Source: a virus
UHGV virus genome: UHGV-0039449
Direction: 5' to 3' (one strand)
DNA: 44,033 nt
Both the position numbers and the translations under genes were made by a program. The notes under the pieces are model-generated. The model was not told the DNA's origin and did not search any database. It saw only the letters and a list, made by a program, of their open reading frames with translations. Shown one piece after another: positions 8,870 to 17,167 of this stretch (the stretch's first letter is position 1; each line of letters starts with the position of its first letter).

Positions 8870-9319
8870 ATGGAAAGTAATATCAAAGGGTTAGTTGCCG
8901 CCGGGCATGAGATGGCTTCGGAACTGAAAGCAGAATGTGGTGCCGTTGATATGCGTAGTGTGGCAAAACTGATCAGCGATTTGGCAACGCAACTGGAAGT
9001 GCAACTGGTGCGTGCTAATGCGCTGGCGGCGGAGAATGCGGGGCTGAATAAATTTATCGTACAGAGTTGCTACGTGTTTGATGGCGAGCAGGATGAACTA
9101 TCTGATGCGTATATCTGCGCAACAGACGGAGGTATGCCGCAAACCCCGGCTACAGATGCTTTCCTGGCTGATGTACGGGCGGTGGCGTTTGACGAGCTTC
9201 GCGCGGCGTTTGTCAGGCACGCAAAAGTTGCAGGACTGGATGATGCCGATACCGTAACGCTTAAGGAAGTGACAGAAGCATTGTTGCATTGTGCGGAACA
9301 GATTCGCTCGCCTGAATAA
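8870..9319 (+). CDS. Hypothetical protein
   Basis: 149-aa ORF in the nin-like region; no recognisable domain. Confidence 0.45.
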   Translation: MESNIKGLVAAGHEMASELKAECGAVDMRSVAKLISDLATQLEVQLVRANALAAENAGLNKFIVQSCYVFDGEQDELSDAYICATDGGMPQTPATDAFLADVRAVAFDELRAAFVRHAKVAGLDDADTVTLKEVTEALLHCAEQIRSPE

Positions 9320-9413
9320 TTAAATTTAGTGTTGCAAATAAAATTTAATCCTTAACCGGAGGGATTCCTACACCCTCAGAACATCAGGAGGCCGCCCGAA
9401 AGGGCGGTAATGA

Positions 9414-9632
9414 ATGGTCACATTATTCAGAAAAAAATATCCACGAAAGAGTAGAACAACAGAATTTCTGTTTCTCATTCTGTTTATCGTGTTGATGATA
9501 CCGATATCCCCGCTAATTTTTGTCTGGGCAATCGGGAAAATAATTGAGCCAGTTATTGAATTGTATAACGACGTGGTATGGGCGTCGTTCAACACACTGC
9601 ACAATAAAATTAATCCGTATAAGGAAGGTTGA
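9414..9632 (+). CDS. Small hydrophobic membrane protein (moron-like)
   Basis: 72 aa with hydrophobic core FLFLILFIVLMIPISPLIFVWAIG; AT-rich; a GC hairpin (GCCGCCCGAAAGGGCGG) lies just upstream. Confidence 0.35.
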   Translation: MVTLFRKKYPRKSRTTEFLFLILFIVLMIPISPLIFVWAIGKIIEPVIELYNDVVWASFNTLHNKINPYKEG

Positions 9633-9633
9633 A

Positions 9634-9921
9634 ATGGCAACTTTGCAGGAATTAATCGACCTGACGCCAGAACAGGAAAAAGCGTGGAATCGCCTTGTGA
9701 AGGCTGTAAAGGATTTCAGAGCAGCCGGAGGAAAGTTTTATAGTGTCCTGGACACGCTGAGCGCATACAACGGCGAGCACGTTGCCAGCATTGATAACGA
9801 TAAGGGCTACCACACTGCAAGCGTCTATATGCCTAGCATTGATGCGCCAGGGCTAACCAGTTGGGCTGATGATTGGCACGGTATCACGCTGAAAGATGGC
9901 GTTGAAGTGGATGAGGACTAA
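9634..9921 (+). CDS. Hypothetical protein
   Basis: 95 aa from ATG 9634, AAGGAAGG RBS upstream. Confidence 0.45.
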   Translation: MATLQELIDLTPEQEKAWNRLVKAVKDFRAAGGKFYSVLDTLSAYNGEHVASIDNDKGYHTASVYMPSIDAPGLTSWADDWHGITLKDGVEVDED

Positions 9922-9924
9922 CAC

Positions 9925-10791
9925 ATGACCACTATTACCAAAGAACGCGCGGAGATTAAATCATTCATCACTGGTTTCCTGAGCGACCCGGCGCACGATA
10001 ACCAATCCTCAGACAGCCTGCTTGCCAATGTGTTTCGTATCGCCCTGGCATCACTGGAAGCAGAACCAGTGGCAGTAAACGACGACATGGCTTACGCATT
10101 CCATCATGCACTGTCAGATTCATCTCCAGGTGCTGATGAGGTAGAGGAAATTAAGGCCGGGTTGCGTGCAGCCTTTGCCAATGTCACCACCCAACCAGCA
10201 CCAGTAGTGCCGGAATTTGAAACATGGTTTAACAGCCAGGAGTCAGGGAGGAGTATATGCAGCACACAGATTCGTCGTTCCCTTCAGGAAATTTCATGGA
10301 ACGCCTGCCGCGCCGCCATGCTTCATGCCGGAAACTTTCGGGAAATCTCGGAAACGTCAACCAACTCTCCGGTAACTCCGACTCTTTTGCCTGGTGGTTT
10401 CACCGTTGAGGATGCGAAGGAGTTACATGAAGACTTGGTGCGCAGCCACATAAGCCAGGCTTTAAGTGGCGAAAAGATGAAAAAGAAAGATCGCGATGCT
10501 GATTTGCGCTGGATTCATGGCGTAATAGTTCAGGCTGCGTGGTTTGTAAAGGCATCACTGGAGCAGAATGCACTATCGGGCAACTCTCCGGGAACTCCGG
10601 ATGGTTGGATAAGCTGTAGTGAGCGAATGCCCGCTCAAGATGATTGGATTTTAATTTATTCAAAGCACGGCGAGTATATGGCAGGACAGGTACAAGGGGA
10701 ATACGTGGAGTTGAGCGACGGCACTTTATCGTGGTTAGGGAACGCCTTGTACTGGATGCCGTTACCAGAACCGCCGCAGGAGGTGAAGTGA
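9925..10791 (+). CDS. Phage protein with C-terminal DUF551-like domain
   Basis: 288 aa; C-terminus WISCSERMPAQDDWILIY...WMPLPEPP resembles DUF551. Confidence 0.5.
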   Translation: MTTITKERAEIKSFITGFLSDPAHDNQSSDSLLANVFRIALASLEAEPVAVNDDMAYAFHHALSDSSPGADEVEEIKAGLRAAFANVTTQPAPVVPEFETWFNSQESGRSICSTQIRRSLQEISWNACRAAMLHAGNFREISETSTNSPVTPTLLPGGFTVEDAKELHEDLVRSHISQALSGEKMKKKDRDADLRWIHGVIVQAAWFVKASLEQNALSGNSPGTPDGWISCSERMPAQDDWILIYSKHGEYMAGQVQGEYVELSDGTLSWLGNALYWMPLPEPPQEVK

Positions 10792-10913
10792 TGGACAAGT
10801 GCAACGCTCTGCTTTATGCCATGGTGATTGGTTTCGGCCTGGCTGCTGGTATCCGGGTTTATATTACCTGGGAGTCATTAATCAATCTGGCGTGGAGTGC
10901 GATTCGTGGCTAA
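10791..10913 (+). CDS. Very small hydrophobic protein (40 aa)
   Basis: MDKCNALLYAMVIGFGLAAGIRVYITWESLINLAWSAIRG; ATG overlaps the upstream stop (TGATG). Confidence 0.3.
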   Translation: MDKCNALLYAMVIGFGLAAGIRVYITWESLINLAWSAIRG

Positions 10914-11244
10914 ATCCCCCGCAGAGCGCAAAGCCGCTCAGAGAGCCAGACAAGCTGCATCTGGTGTGCGTAAGCTGGAAATTGTGCTTGATGCTCAGGA
11001 AATTGAAATGCTGGAGCGTAACTGTGCCACGCGTCGCCCCGGGCGTGCGCCTTACGAATTTGGTGAGTATATAGCGTTACTGATCCGCCAGGATGATGCA
11101 CGCGTGCGCGGGCGTATAAAATCGATCAGCAGAAAACGTTGCGGTAAGTGCGGCGAGAGAGTTCCAGTTAATTCATGCCCGTGTAATGGTGACTCGCAAT
11201 GCTGGGTGACTAAAGGCTGGCATGAAACGAAATTAATAGTGTGA
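10897..11244 (+). CDS. Cys-rich (zinc-ribbon-like) basic protein, possible late-gene regulator
   Basis: 115 aa; KRCGKCGERVPVNSCPCNG cysteine cluster; GTG start; last gene before the terminator that precedes terS. Confidence 0.4.
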   Translation: MRFVAKSPAERKAAQRARQAASGVRKLEIVLDAQEIEMLERNCATRRPGRAPYEFGEYIALLIRQDDARVRGRIKSISRKRCGKCGERVPVNSCPCNGDSQCWVTKGWHETKLIV

Positions 11245-11254
11245 CATGTCACGA
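11240..11254. promoter_or_regulatory. Palindromic element TGTGACATGTCACGA (copy 1)
   Basis: 12-bp perfect palindrome GTGACATGTCAC overlapping the TGA stop of the Cys-rich gene, about 40 nt before a terminator and about 110 nt before terS. Confidence 0.4.
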
Positions 11255-11292
11255 GTAGATTATGCATGATGAATTTGATGGTTTTGAATACT

Positions 11293-11318
11293 GCCGCCAA
11301 CTATGGCGGCTTTATTTT
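11293..11318 (+). terminator. Rho-independent terminator just upstream of terS
   Basis: GCCGCC-AACTAT-GGCGGC followed by TTTATTTT; followed by a direct repeat CTATTACCAC-N6-CTATTACCAC. Confidence 0.55.
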
Positions 11319-11361
11319 GCATGGTACTATTACCACAACGGTAACTATTACCACGGTGGTT

Positions 11362-11958
11362 ATGATGCCTGCTGAACCTAAAACCTATAAACGCAAATCA
11401 ACGCAATTTAAGCCACTAACAGCAATGCAGGAGGCTTATTGCCAGTCATACATCAAAACGCCTGAAAACCAGACTCAGGCAGCGATTAACGCAGGATTCT
11501 CCCCAAATACAGCGGCAGTTAAAGCCAGTGTCATGATGCGCGATGAACGCATTCAAAAACGGATTGCCGAGTTGATGGAGGAGCGCAACAAACGAATGCG
11601 CGTCAGTGCTGATTACGTTCTCATGCGCCTGGTGGAGATCGACCAGATGGACGTGATCGACATCCTCAACGACGATGGGAGCCTTAAGCCAATCCGCGAG
11701 TGGCCGAAAATCTGGCGCACTACGCTTAGTGGCTTTGATCTGTCATCGACCATCATGAACATGAACGAGGATTCGATAGAGACAATCCTCAAAAAAATTA
11801 AATGGCCTGACAAGGTGAAGAACCTCGAACTGATTGGTAAGCATGTTGATGTCAACGCGTTCAAAGAACGTCTGGATGTTAATGTGAATGTGACAATTGC
11901 TGATCGCATAGCAGCAGCCAGGAAGCGACTCAAAGAACGTCAGGATGGTAATCAGTGA
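11362..11958 (+). CDS. terS: Terminase small subunit
   Basis: Lies directly upstream of, and overlapping, the large terminase gene; basic N-terminus MMPAEPKTYKRKSTQFKPLTAMQEAYCQ. Start placed at ATG 11362 rather than the hydrophobic extension from 11266. Confidence 0.7.
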   Translation: MMPAEPKTYKRKSTQFKPLTAMQEAYCQSYIKTPENQTQAAINAGFSPNTAAVKASVMMRDERIQKRIAELMEERNKRMRVSADYVLMRLVEIDQMDVIDILNDDGSLKPIREWPKIWRTTLSGFDLSSTIMNMNEDSIETILKKIKWPDKVKNLELIGKHVDVNAFKERLDVNVNVTIADRIAAARKRLKERQDGNQ

Positions 11959-13430
11959 AAGATACAGCGTTATCTCCTGAAGAGCAGTTGATCGAGGATA
12001 TTGCAGGGTTCACTCACGATCCGCTTGGTTATGCCCTCTATGCGTTCCCGTGGGGGGAAGAGGGGACTGAACTGGCACATGCCACCGGTCCACGTCAGTG
12101 GCAGGCCGATGCGTTCCGAGAGATACGTGATCACCTGCAGAATCCAGAGACGCGCTATCAGCCGCTTATGCTGGCACGCGCTTCTGGTCACGGTATTGGT
12201 AAATCCGCATTCATCTCAATGCTGATCAACTGGGGCATGTCCACTTGCGAGGATTGTAAGGTCGTGGTGACCGCCAACACCGACAACCAGCTACGAACGA
12301 AGACCTGGCCGGAAATTATCAAGTGGTCGAACCTTGCTATCACGAAAGACTGGTTTACCTGTACCGCTACCGCGATGTACAGCAATGACCTAGGGCACGA
12401 CAAGCGGTGGCGGGCTGACGCAATACCCTGGTCTGAGCACAACACCGAGGCATTCGCCGGACTACACAACGAGCGCAAACGCATCATCGTGGTGTTTGAT
12501 GAAGCGTCGAACATTGCGGATCTGGTGTGGGAAGTTGCCGAGGGTGCGCTTACGGACGAAGACACTGAGATTATTTGGGTGGCGTTCGGAAACCCTACAC
12601 GTAACACCGGGCGTTTTCGCGAATGTTTCCGCAAATATAAACACCGCTGGAAAACTGCGCAGATTGACAGCCGGACGGTGGAAGGCACTAACAAACAGCA
12701 GTTGCAGAAATGGGTTGATGACTACGGGGAAGACAGCGACTTCGTTAAAATCCGTGTGCGCGGTATATTCCCGGATGCATCTGAATTGCAGTTTATCCCT
12801 ACCGGCCTTACTGACGAGGCAATGAAACGGGTGGTAACCGCTGCGCAGGTTGCACATGCTCCGGTGATAATCGGCGTTGACCCGGCATACTCCGGCGTTG
12901 ATGACGCTGTGATATACCTGCGGCAGGGGCTGCACAGTAAGGTGCTGTGGACCGGCAACAAGACCACTGACGATCTGATTATGGCAAAGCGTATCGCTGA
13001 CTTTGAAGACCAGTATCAGGCTGACGCGGTGTTCATCGACTTCGGTTACGGTACCGGGCTGAAGTCAATCGGTGACGGTTGGGGGCGCACATGGCAACTT
13101 GTTCCGTTCGGTGGCGCGTCTACTGACCCGCAGATGCTCAACAAGCGTGGGGAGATGTTCAACTCATGCAAGACATGGCTGAGGCTGGGCGGCATGCTGG
13201 ATGACCAGGAAACAGCGGACGACCTGTCGGCGGCAGAGTACAAAGTTCGCGTGGACGGTAAAATCGTTATCGAACCGAAGGAAGATATCAAAGAGCGGCT
13301 TGGGCGTTCTCCTGGTAAAGGCGATGCGCTACTGCTGACGTTTGCGTTCCCTGTGTCGAAGCGTCTGCGAATTCCCGGGCAGCAGAACCAGCAAGGCAAG
13401 GCGCTTACCGAGTACGATCCATATGCTTAG
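11955..13430 (+). CDS. terL: Terminase large subunit
   Basis: 491 aa; Walker A-like ARASGHGIGKS; Walker B-like IIVVFDEAS; C-terminal nuclease-like region; GTG start overlapping the terS stop. Confidence 0.85.
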   Translation: MKDTALSPEEQLIEDIAGFTHDPLGYALYAFPWGEEGTELAHATGPRQWQADAFREIRDHLQNPETRYQPLMLARASGHGIGKSAFISMLINWGMSTCEDCKVVVTANTDNQLRTKTWPEIIKWSNLAITKDWFTCTATAMYSNDLGHDKRWRADAIPWSEHNTEAFAGLHNERKRIIVVFDEASNIADLVWEVAEGALTDEDTEIIWVAFGNPTRNTGRFRECFRKYKHRWKTAQIDSRTVEGTNKQQLQKWVDDYGEDSDFVKIRVRGIFPDASELQFIPTGLTDEAMKRVVTAAQVAHAPVIIGVDPAYSGVDDAVIYLRQGLHSKVLWTGNKTTDDLIMAKRIADFEDQYQADAVFIDFGYGTGLKSIGDGWGRTWQLVPFGGASTDPQMLNKRGEMFNSCKTWLRLGGMLDDQETADDLSAAEYKVRVDGKIVIEPKEDIKERLGRSPGKGDALLLTFAFPVSKRLRIPGQQNQQGKALTEYDPYA

Positions 13431-14245
13431 TCTTTATTTTTATCATCGAAACCTGATAATCCAGATAGAACACCAAAGTTATTAAAAACGTTTGGCTTAC
13501 CAGATTTTAATCCGGATAAGTTGTGTTGCTCCAAAAAGTTGCTAATTGTTTGGCCGTTGCCAAGTGCAAGGCTTTTTATTTGAGATTTTTCAGGGTATTT
13601 GAGTTTGTATTCGTCGAAATCATTTTGGAGGGTCTTATATGCCTCATTCATTCTTCCCAGAGTTTCCGATATCTCTTTTAATGAATGATTTAGAGCTGCT
13701 AACTGAGCACTGGCGGATCTCAATTCGTCATCTTTAGCTTTCAACTCGGCAGTCAATTCCCCCATACTATTCTTTGATCGAATAATCTCTTCTTTCATCT
13801 CTTGGATGTCTTTTTCCGCGCCAGTCTTAACTTTGTCGTATGTAACATCTTTTTTAGCCAATAACCTCTGCAGTCTGGTTTCACGCTGGATTTTTCTTGC
13901 CTTCAGGTGATTTTCGATTGAGTCATTATTATCAAGAGGCTTTGCTTGCCATACGTTAATGATATTGTTTACCCATGGTAATAGGCAGCAGATAGCAATT
14001 ACAGATAAGCATGGATAAAACATAACAGTTTTCCATGTGCTGTTATCTGAGATATATGAAATTTTATCTATTATGTTTGATTTGCTAAAAAATAGATAAA
14101 GAATTGATTTCCAGTTGAAGGCGCACCAGGACATAACAAAAGCACCAAGCACAGGGTTTTTGGCTCGATTCACGGCAGTATTGGCAGTAGATAAAAACAG
14201 CTCTTTAAACGATTCAAACATGCTAATTACCTTGAAGTTTTTCAT
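13427..14245 (-). CDS. Membrane-anchored coiled-coil protein of unknown function (moron)
   Basis: 272 aa from ATG 14245; two predicted TM segments followed by a long coiled coil; about 30% GC against the phage background; antisense insertion between terL and the portal gene; TATAAT directly abuts the start codon. Confidence 0.5.
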   Translation of the reverse strand: MKNFKVISMFESFKELFLSTANTAVNRAKNPVLGAFVMSWCAFNWKSILYLFFSKSNIIDKISYISDNSTWKTVMFYPCLSVIAICCLLPWVNNIINVWQAKPLDNNDSIENHLKARKIQRETRLQRLLAKKDVTYDKVKTGAEKDIQEMKEEIIRSKNSMGELTAELKAKDDELRSASAQLAALNHSLKEISETLGRMNEAYKTLQNDFDEYKLKYPEKSQIKSLALGNGQTISNFLEQHNLSGLKSGKPNVFNNFGVLSGLSGFDDKNKD

Positions 14246-14249
14246 GATT

Positions 14250-14264
14250 ATACCTTTAAGGTAA
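14250..14264. promoter_or_regulatory. Palindromic site ATACC-TTTAA-GGTAA at the start of the membrane coiled-coil moron
   Basis: Overlaps the TATAAT that abuts the minus-strand ATG at 14245. Confidence 0.4.
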
Positions 14265-14280
14265 TTTGCGGTCATCAAGC

Positions 14281-14304
14281 AAAAAAATGCCCGGCGAACC
14301 GGGC
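14281..14304 (-). terminator. Rho-independent terminator closing the tRNA transcription unit
   Basis: Minus strand GCCCGG-TTCG-CCGGGC followed by TTTTTTT. Confidence 0.6.
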
Positions 14305-14380
14305 GAACTGGAAGCAATGAGTTATGCCTTCCGTGGCTGTACGGGTTTACAGCATGAAGTCATCGCAATGGCGTCCTGCT

Positions 14381-14424
14381 GTAAAAAGGGCGGTGATAGT
14401 CCTTCAAGGGAAACCATCACCGCC
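14381..14424 (-). terminator. Stem-loop with T-run immediately 3' of the tRNA
   Basis: Minus strand GGCGGTGAT-(18-nt loop)-ATCACCGCC followed by CTTTTTAC. Confidence 0.45.
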
Positions 14425-14467
14425 AAGCCCCTGGAACTTCTGGCATCACGGTCCTTAGGCGTGATTC

Positions 14468-14544
14468 TGGCGCGGCATGCAGGATTCGAACCTGCGACCA
14501 ACCGCTTAGAAGGCGGTTGCTCTGTCCAACTGAGCTAATGCCAC
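14468..14544 (-). tRNA. tRNA-Arg (anticodon UCU), phage-encoded
   Basis: 77-nt cloverleaf folded by hand from the minus strand: acceptor GTGGCAT/ATGCCGC, D-arm GCTC/GAGC, anticodon stem ACCGC/GCGGT with loop CTTCTAA, T-arm GCAGG-TTCGAAT-CCTGC, encoded CCA. Confidence 0.8.
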
Positions 14545-14866
14545 AACGCTGAGAGCACTTAGCCTGTTAAGGCACCACACTTTGTCGCGGCTCCATAAAT
14601 GCTCTCATCGTTGCACCCTCGTCTCTTCCGAGGTGTCACACCGAATCGCCGGGATGGTGAATCCCCGTGCGCGGAATAAAACCGCTCGACTTGCACATTC
14701 CGGCTACCTGGTTCGTTTGCCCGAGCAAGGGAGGGTGCCACTTAAACGTATCCAGACCGCTATCGGCGCATGTGCCATACACCGTACTGCTCAAAATAAA
14801 AGCTCACCCCACCTGTTCAATTTAACGACAAGCCAGTCAGGTTAATAACCGGAATGAACTCTTTGC

Positions 14867-14881
14867 TTACCTGAAAGGTAA
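14867..14881. promoter_or_regulatory. Palindromic site TTACC-TGAAA-GGTAA upstream of the portal operon
   Basis: Perfect site about 90 nt upstream of ATG 14972. Confidence 0.5.
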
Positions 14882-14971
14882 TAATTAGTGCGTTAAATGT
14901 CAAGTGTCTACGATAAATAAATCACATGTGGTTAAATTGGTAATAATTTAATTGCGTACGGAGTCATTGAT

Positions 14972-15178
14972 ATGTGCATGGGTAGCTCACCATCAGTGCC
15001 TGCAACACCAGAAGTTCAGGCAGCACCACAGGAGCAGGATGCCGCCGTTGTTGATGCCCGCGACGAAGAAACTCGTCGCCGTCGCGCTGCTGCTGGTCGT
15101 AGTTCTACGCTGCTTACCGGTTCTCAGGGCGACACATCAACCGCTAATACCAGCGGTAAAACGCTGCTTGGTCAGTAA
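14972..15178 (+). CDS. Hypothetical small acidic protein preceding the portal gene
   Basis: 68 aa; its RBS context CGGAGTCATTGATATG is duplicated before the portal gene (CGGAGTCATTGAAATG). Confidence 0.4.
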   Translation: MCMGSSPSVPATPEVQAAPQEQDAAVVDARDEETRRRRAAAGRSSTLLTGSQGDTSTANTSGKTLLGQ

Positions 15179-15192
15179 CCGGAGTCATTGAA

Positions 15193-16872
15193 ATGGCGGA
15201 AACAACTAAAGAGCGATTGAACAAACAGTTCGCACAACTTGAAAGCGAGCGTCAGTCGTTCGAGCCGCACTGGCGCGAGTTGAGTGATTACATCAACCCG
15301 CGTGGTTCCCGCTTTCTGACTTCTGAGGTCAACCGTAACGATCGACGCAATACACGCATTATTGATTCGACCGGGACTATGGCGGCGCGCACTCTCGCCA
15401 GCGGCATGATGTCAGGCATCACAAGCCCCGCGCGTCCGTGGTTTCGCCTGGCTACGCCAGATCCTGAAATGATGGATTATGGCCCTGTTAAGTTGTGGCT
15501 TGAGGCGGTGCAGAACCGCATGAACGATATGTTCAATAAGTCGAATCTCTACCAGTCTCTTCCGCAGTTATACGGAAGCCTCGGCACATACAGCACTGGT
15601 GCAATGGCGGTGCTGGAGGATGACGAGGACATCATTCGCACAATGCCATTCCCGATAGGCAGTTACTACCTGGCTAACTCACCTCGTGGCAGTGTGGACA
15701 CCTGTTTTCGCAAGTTCTCTATGACTGTTCGTCAGCTTGTTCAGGAGTTCGGGCTAAATAACGTCAGCGAATCCGTAAAAAGCATGTGGGAAAGCGGCAC
15801 CTACGAGAAGTGGATTGAAGTGATGCATTCGGTTTACCCGAACATTGACCGCGATACATCGAAGCTGGATAGCAAGAACAAGCCATTCAAATCGGTTTAT
15901 TACGAGGTTGGTGGCGATAACGACAAGTTGTTGCGTGAGTCCGGATTCGATGAGTTTCCAATTATGGCTCCGCGCTGGGAAGTTAACGGCGAAGATGTTT
16001 ATGGATCATCATGCCCGGGTATGCTGGCGCTTGGACCTGTTAAGGCATTGCAGCTTCTCCAGAAGCGCAAGTCGCAGTTGATTGATAAAGCCACCAATCC
16101 GCCGATGGTTGCTCCGACTTCCCTCAAGAATCAGCGCGCCTCCCTTCTTCCTGGCGACATCACGTATATCGATCAGATTACTGGTCAGGATGGTTTCAGG
16201 CCTGCTTATCTGGTTAACCCCAGTACAGCAGATCTGGTAGCAGACATTCAGGACACCCGCCAAATCATTAACAGCGCCTACTTTGTCGATCTGTTCATGA
16301 TGTTGCAGAACATCAATACCCGCTCGATGCCTGTTGAAGCGGTGATCGAAATGAAAGAAGAAAAACTTCTGATGTTGGGGCCGGTTCTGGAGCGTCTGAA
16401 CGACGAATGTCTTAATCCTCTCATTGACCGCGCTTTCTCGATGATGGTGCGTAAAAACATGCTGCCGCCACCGCCTGACGCGATGGAAGGTATGCCCCTG
16501 AAGGTCGAATACATTTCTGTCATGGCTCAGGCGCAGAAGTCTATCGGCCTGTCCAGTCTGGCGTCCACGGTTAACTTCATTGGTCAACTTGCGCAAGCGA
16601 AACCAGAAGCTCTCGACAAACTCAACGTTGATCAGGCGATCGATGCATTCGCTGATATGTCCGGAGTGTCTCCAACCGTCATTGTTCCGCAGGAACAGGT
16701 TGAGCAGGCTCGCCAGCAACGGGCACAGCAACAACAGCAGCAACAAATGATGGCGATGGGGATGGCGGCGGCACAGGGTGCCAAGACGCTAAGCGAAGCT
16801 AAAACTTCGGATCCGAGTGTTTTGTCAGCTATGGCGAATGCAGTTAGTGGTCAGGGTGGGCAATCACAATGA
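15193..16872 (+). CDS. Portal protein
   Basis: 559 aa, directly downstream of the terminase region; size and position fit a podovirus portal; Q-rich C-terminus. Confidence 0.75.
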   Translation: MAETTKERLNKQFAQLESERQSFEPHWRELSDYINPRGSRFLTSEVNRNDRRNTRIIDSTGTMAARTLASGMMSGITSPARPWFRLATPDPEMMDYGPVKLWLEAVQNRMNDMFNKSNLYQSLPQLYGSLGTYSTGAMAVLEDDEDIIRTMPFPIGSYYLANSPRGSVDTCFRKFSMTVRQLVQEFGLNNVSESVKSMWESGTYEKWIEVMHSVYPNIDRDTSKLDSKNKPFKSVYYEVGGDNDKLLRESGFDEFPIMAPRWEVNGEDVYGSSCPGMLALGPVKALQLLQKRKSQLIDKATNPPMVAPTSLKNQRASLLPGDITYIDQITGQDGFRPAYLVNPSTADLVADIQDTRQIINSAYFVDLFMMLQNINTRSMPVEAVIEMKEEKLLMLGPVLERLNDECLNPLIDRAFSMMVRKNMLPPPPDAMEGMPLKVEYISVMAQAQKSIGLSSLASTVNFIGQLAQAKPEALDKLNVDQAIDAFADMSGVSPTVIVPQEQVEQARQQRAQQQQQQQMMAMGMAAAQGAKTLSEAKTSDPSVLSAMANAVSGQGGQSQ

Positions 16873-17165
16873 CAGATTACGAAGATGATCAACTGAAAGA
16901 AGAAAACGCCCGTAAGCAACGTGACATGGCACAGCGTGAAATTGATGACATTCGCTTTGTCATGAGCAGTGAACAGGGGCGTCGCGTTGTCTGGTCTGTG
17001 CTGGAGAAAGGCCGGGTGTTTTCCGCTATCTCACCGATGGACGCTATGGCAATGGCATTTAATGAGGGGCAACGCAATCTGGCGCTGGAACTGTTTCAGC
17101 GCGTTATGGCGCATTGCCCTGAACAGTATTTGAAGATGGCCAAAGAGGCCAGTGAACAGGAGTGA
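16869..17165 (+). CDS. Hypothetical head-assembly protein
   Basis: 98 aa, overlap-coupled to the portal gene (ATGA). Confidence 0.45.
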   Translation: MTDYEDDQLKEENARKQRDMAQREIDDIRFVMSSEQGRRVVWSVLEKGRVFSAISPMDAMAMAFNEGQRNLALELFQRVMAHCPEQYLKMAKEASEQE

Positions 17166-17167
17166 TC

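Noticed and set aside
11240-11254. TGTGACATGTCACA-type palindrome as a CRP binding site
   Set aside because: CRP sites are TGTGA-N6-TCACA; here the half-sites are separated by 4 nt, so the spacing is wrong.
11266-11361. Extended N-terminus for terS starting at ATG 11266
   Set aside because: The extension is hydrophobic and threonine-rich, spans the terminator hairpin at 11293-11318 and has no RBS; the internal start at 11362 is preferred.
14266-14538. 90-aa plus-strand ORF overlapping the tRNA and its terminators
   Set aside because: Overlaps a well-folded tRNA and two hairpins; coding is unlikely.
14545-14800. A second tRNA immediately upstream of tRNA-Arg
   Set aside because: I could not fold a cloverleaf with acceptor, D, anticodon and T arms on either strand; the T-loop-like GGGAT/ATCCC hairpin lacks the conserved T-loop sequence. 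Kept as a finding, not called as a gene.
16009-16746. 245-aa ORF on the minus strand inside the portal gene, and similar long antisense ORFs (17297-17878, 12188-12935, 20636-21121, 29508-29969)
   Set aside because: Each lies fully within a well-supported sense-strand gene and has no RBS or distinctive composition; treated as shadow ORFs.
16690-16760. CAG/CAA-rich tract at the 3' end of the portal gene
   Set aside because: Encodes a poly-Gln low-complexity tail; no evidence of a separate function.
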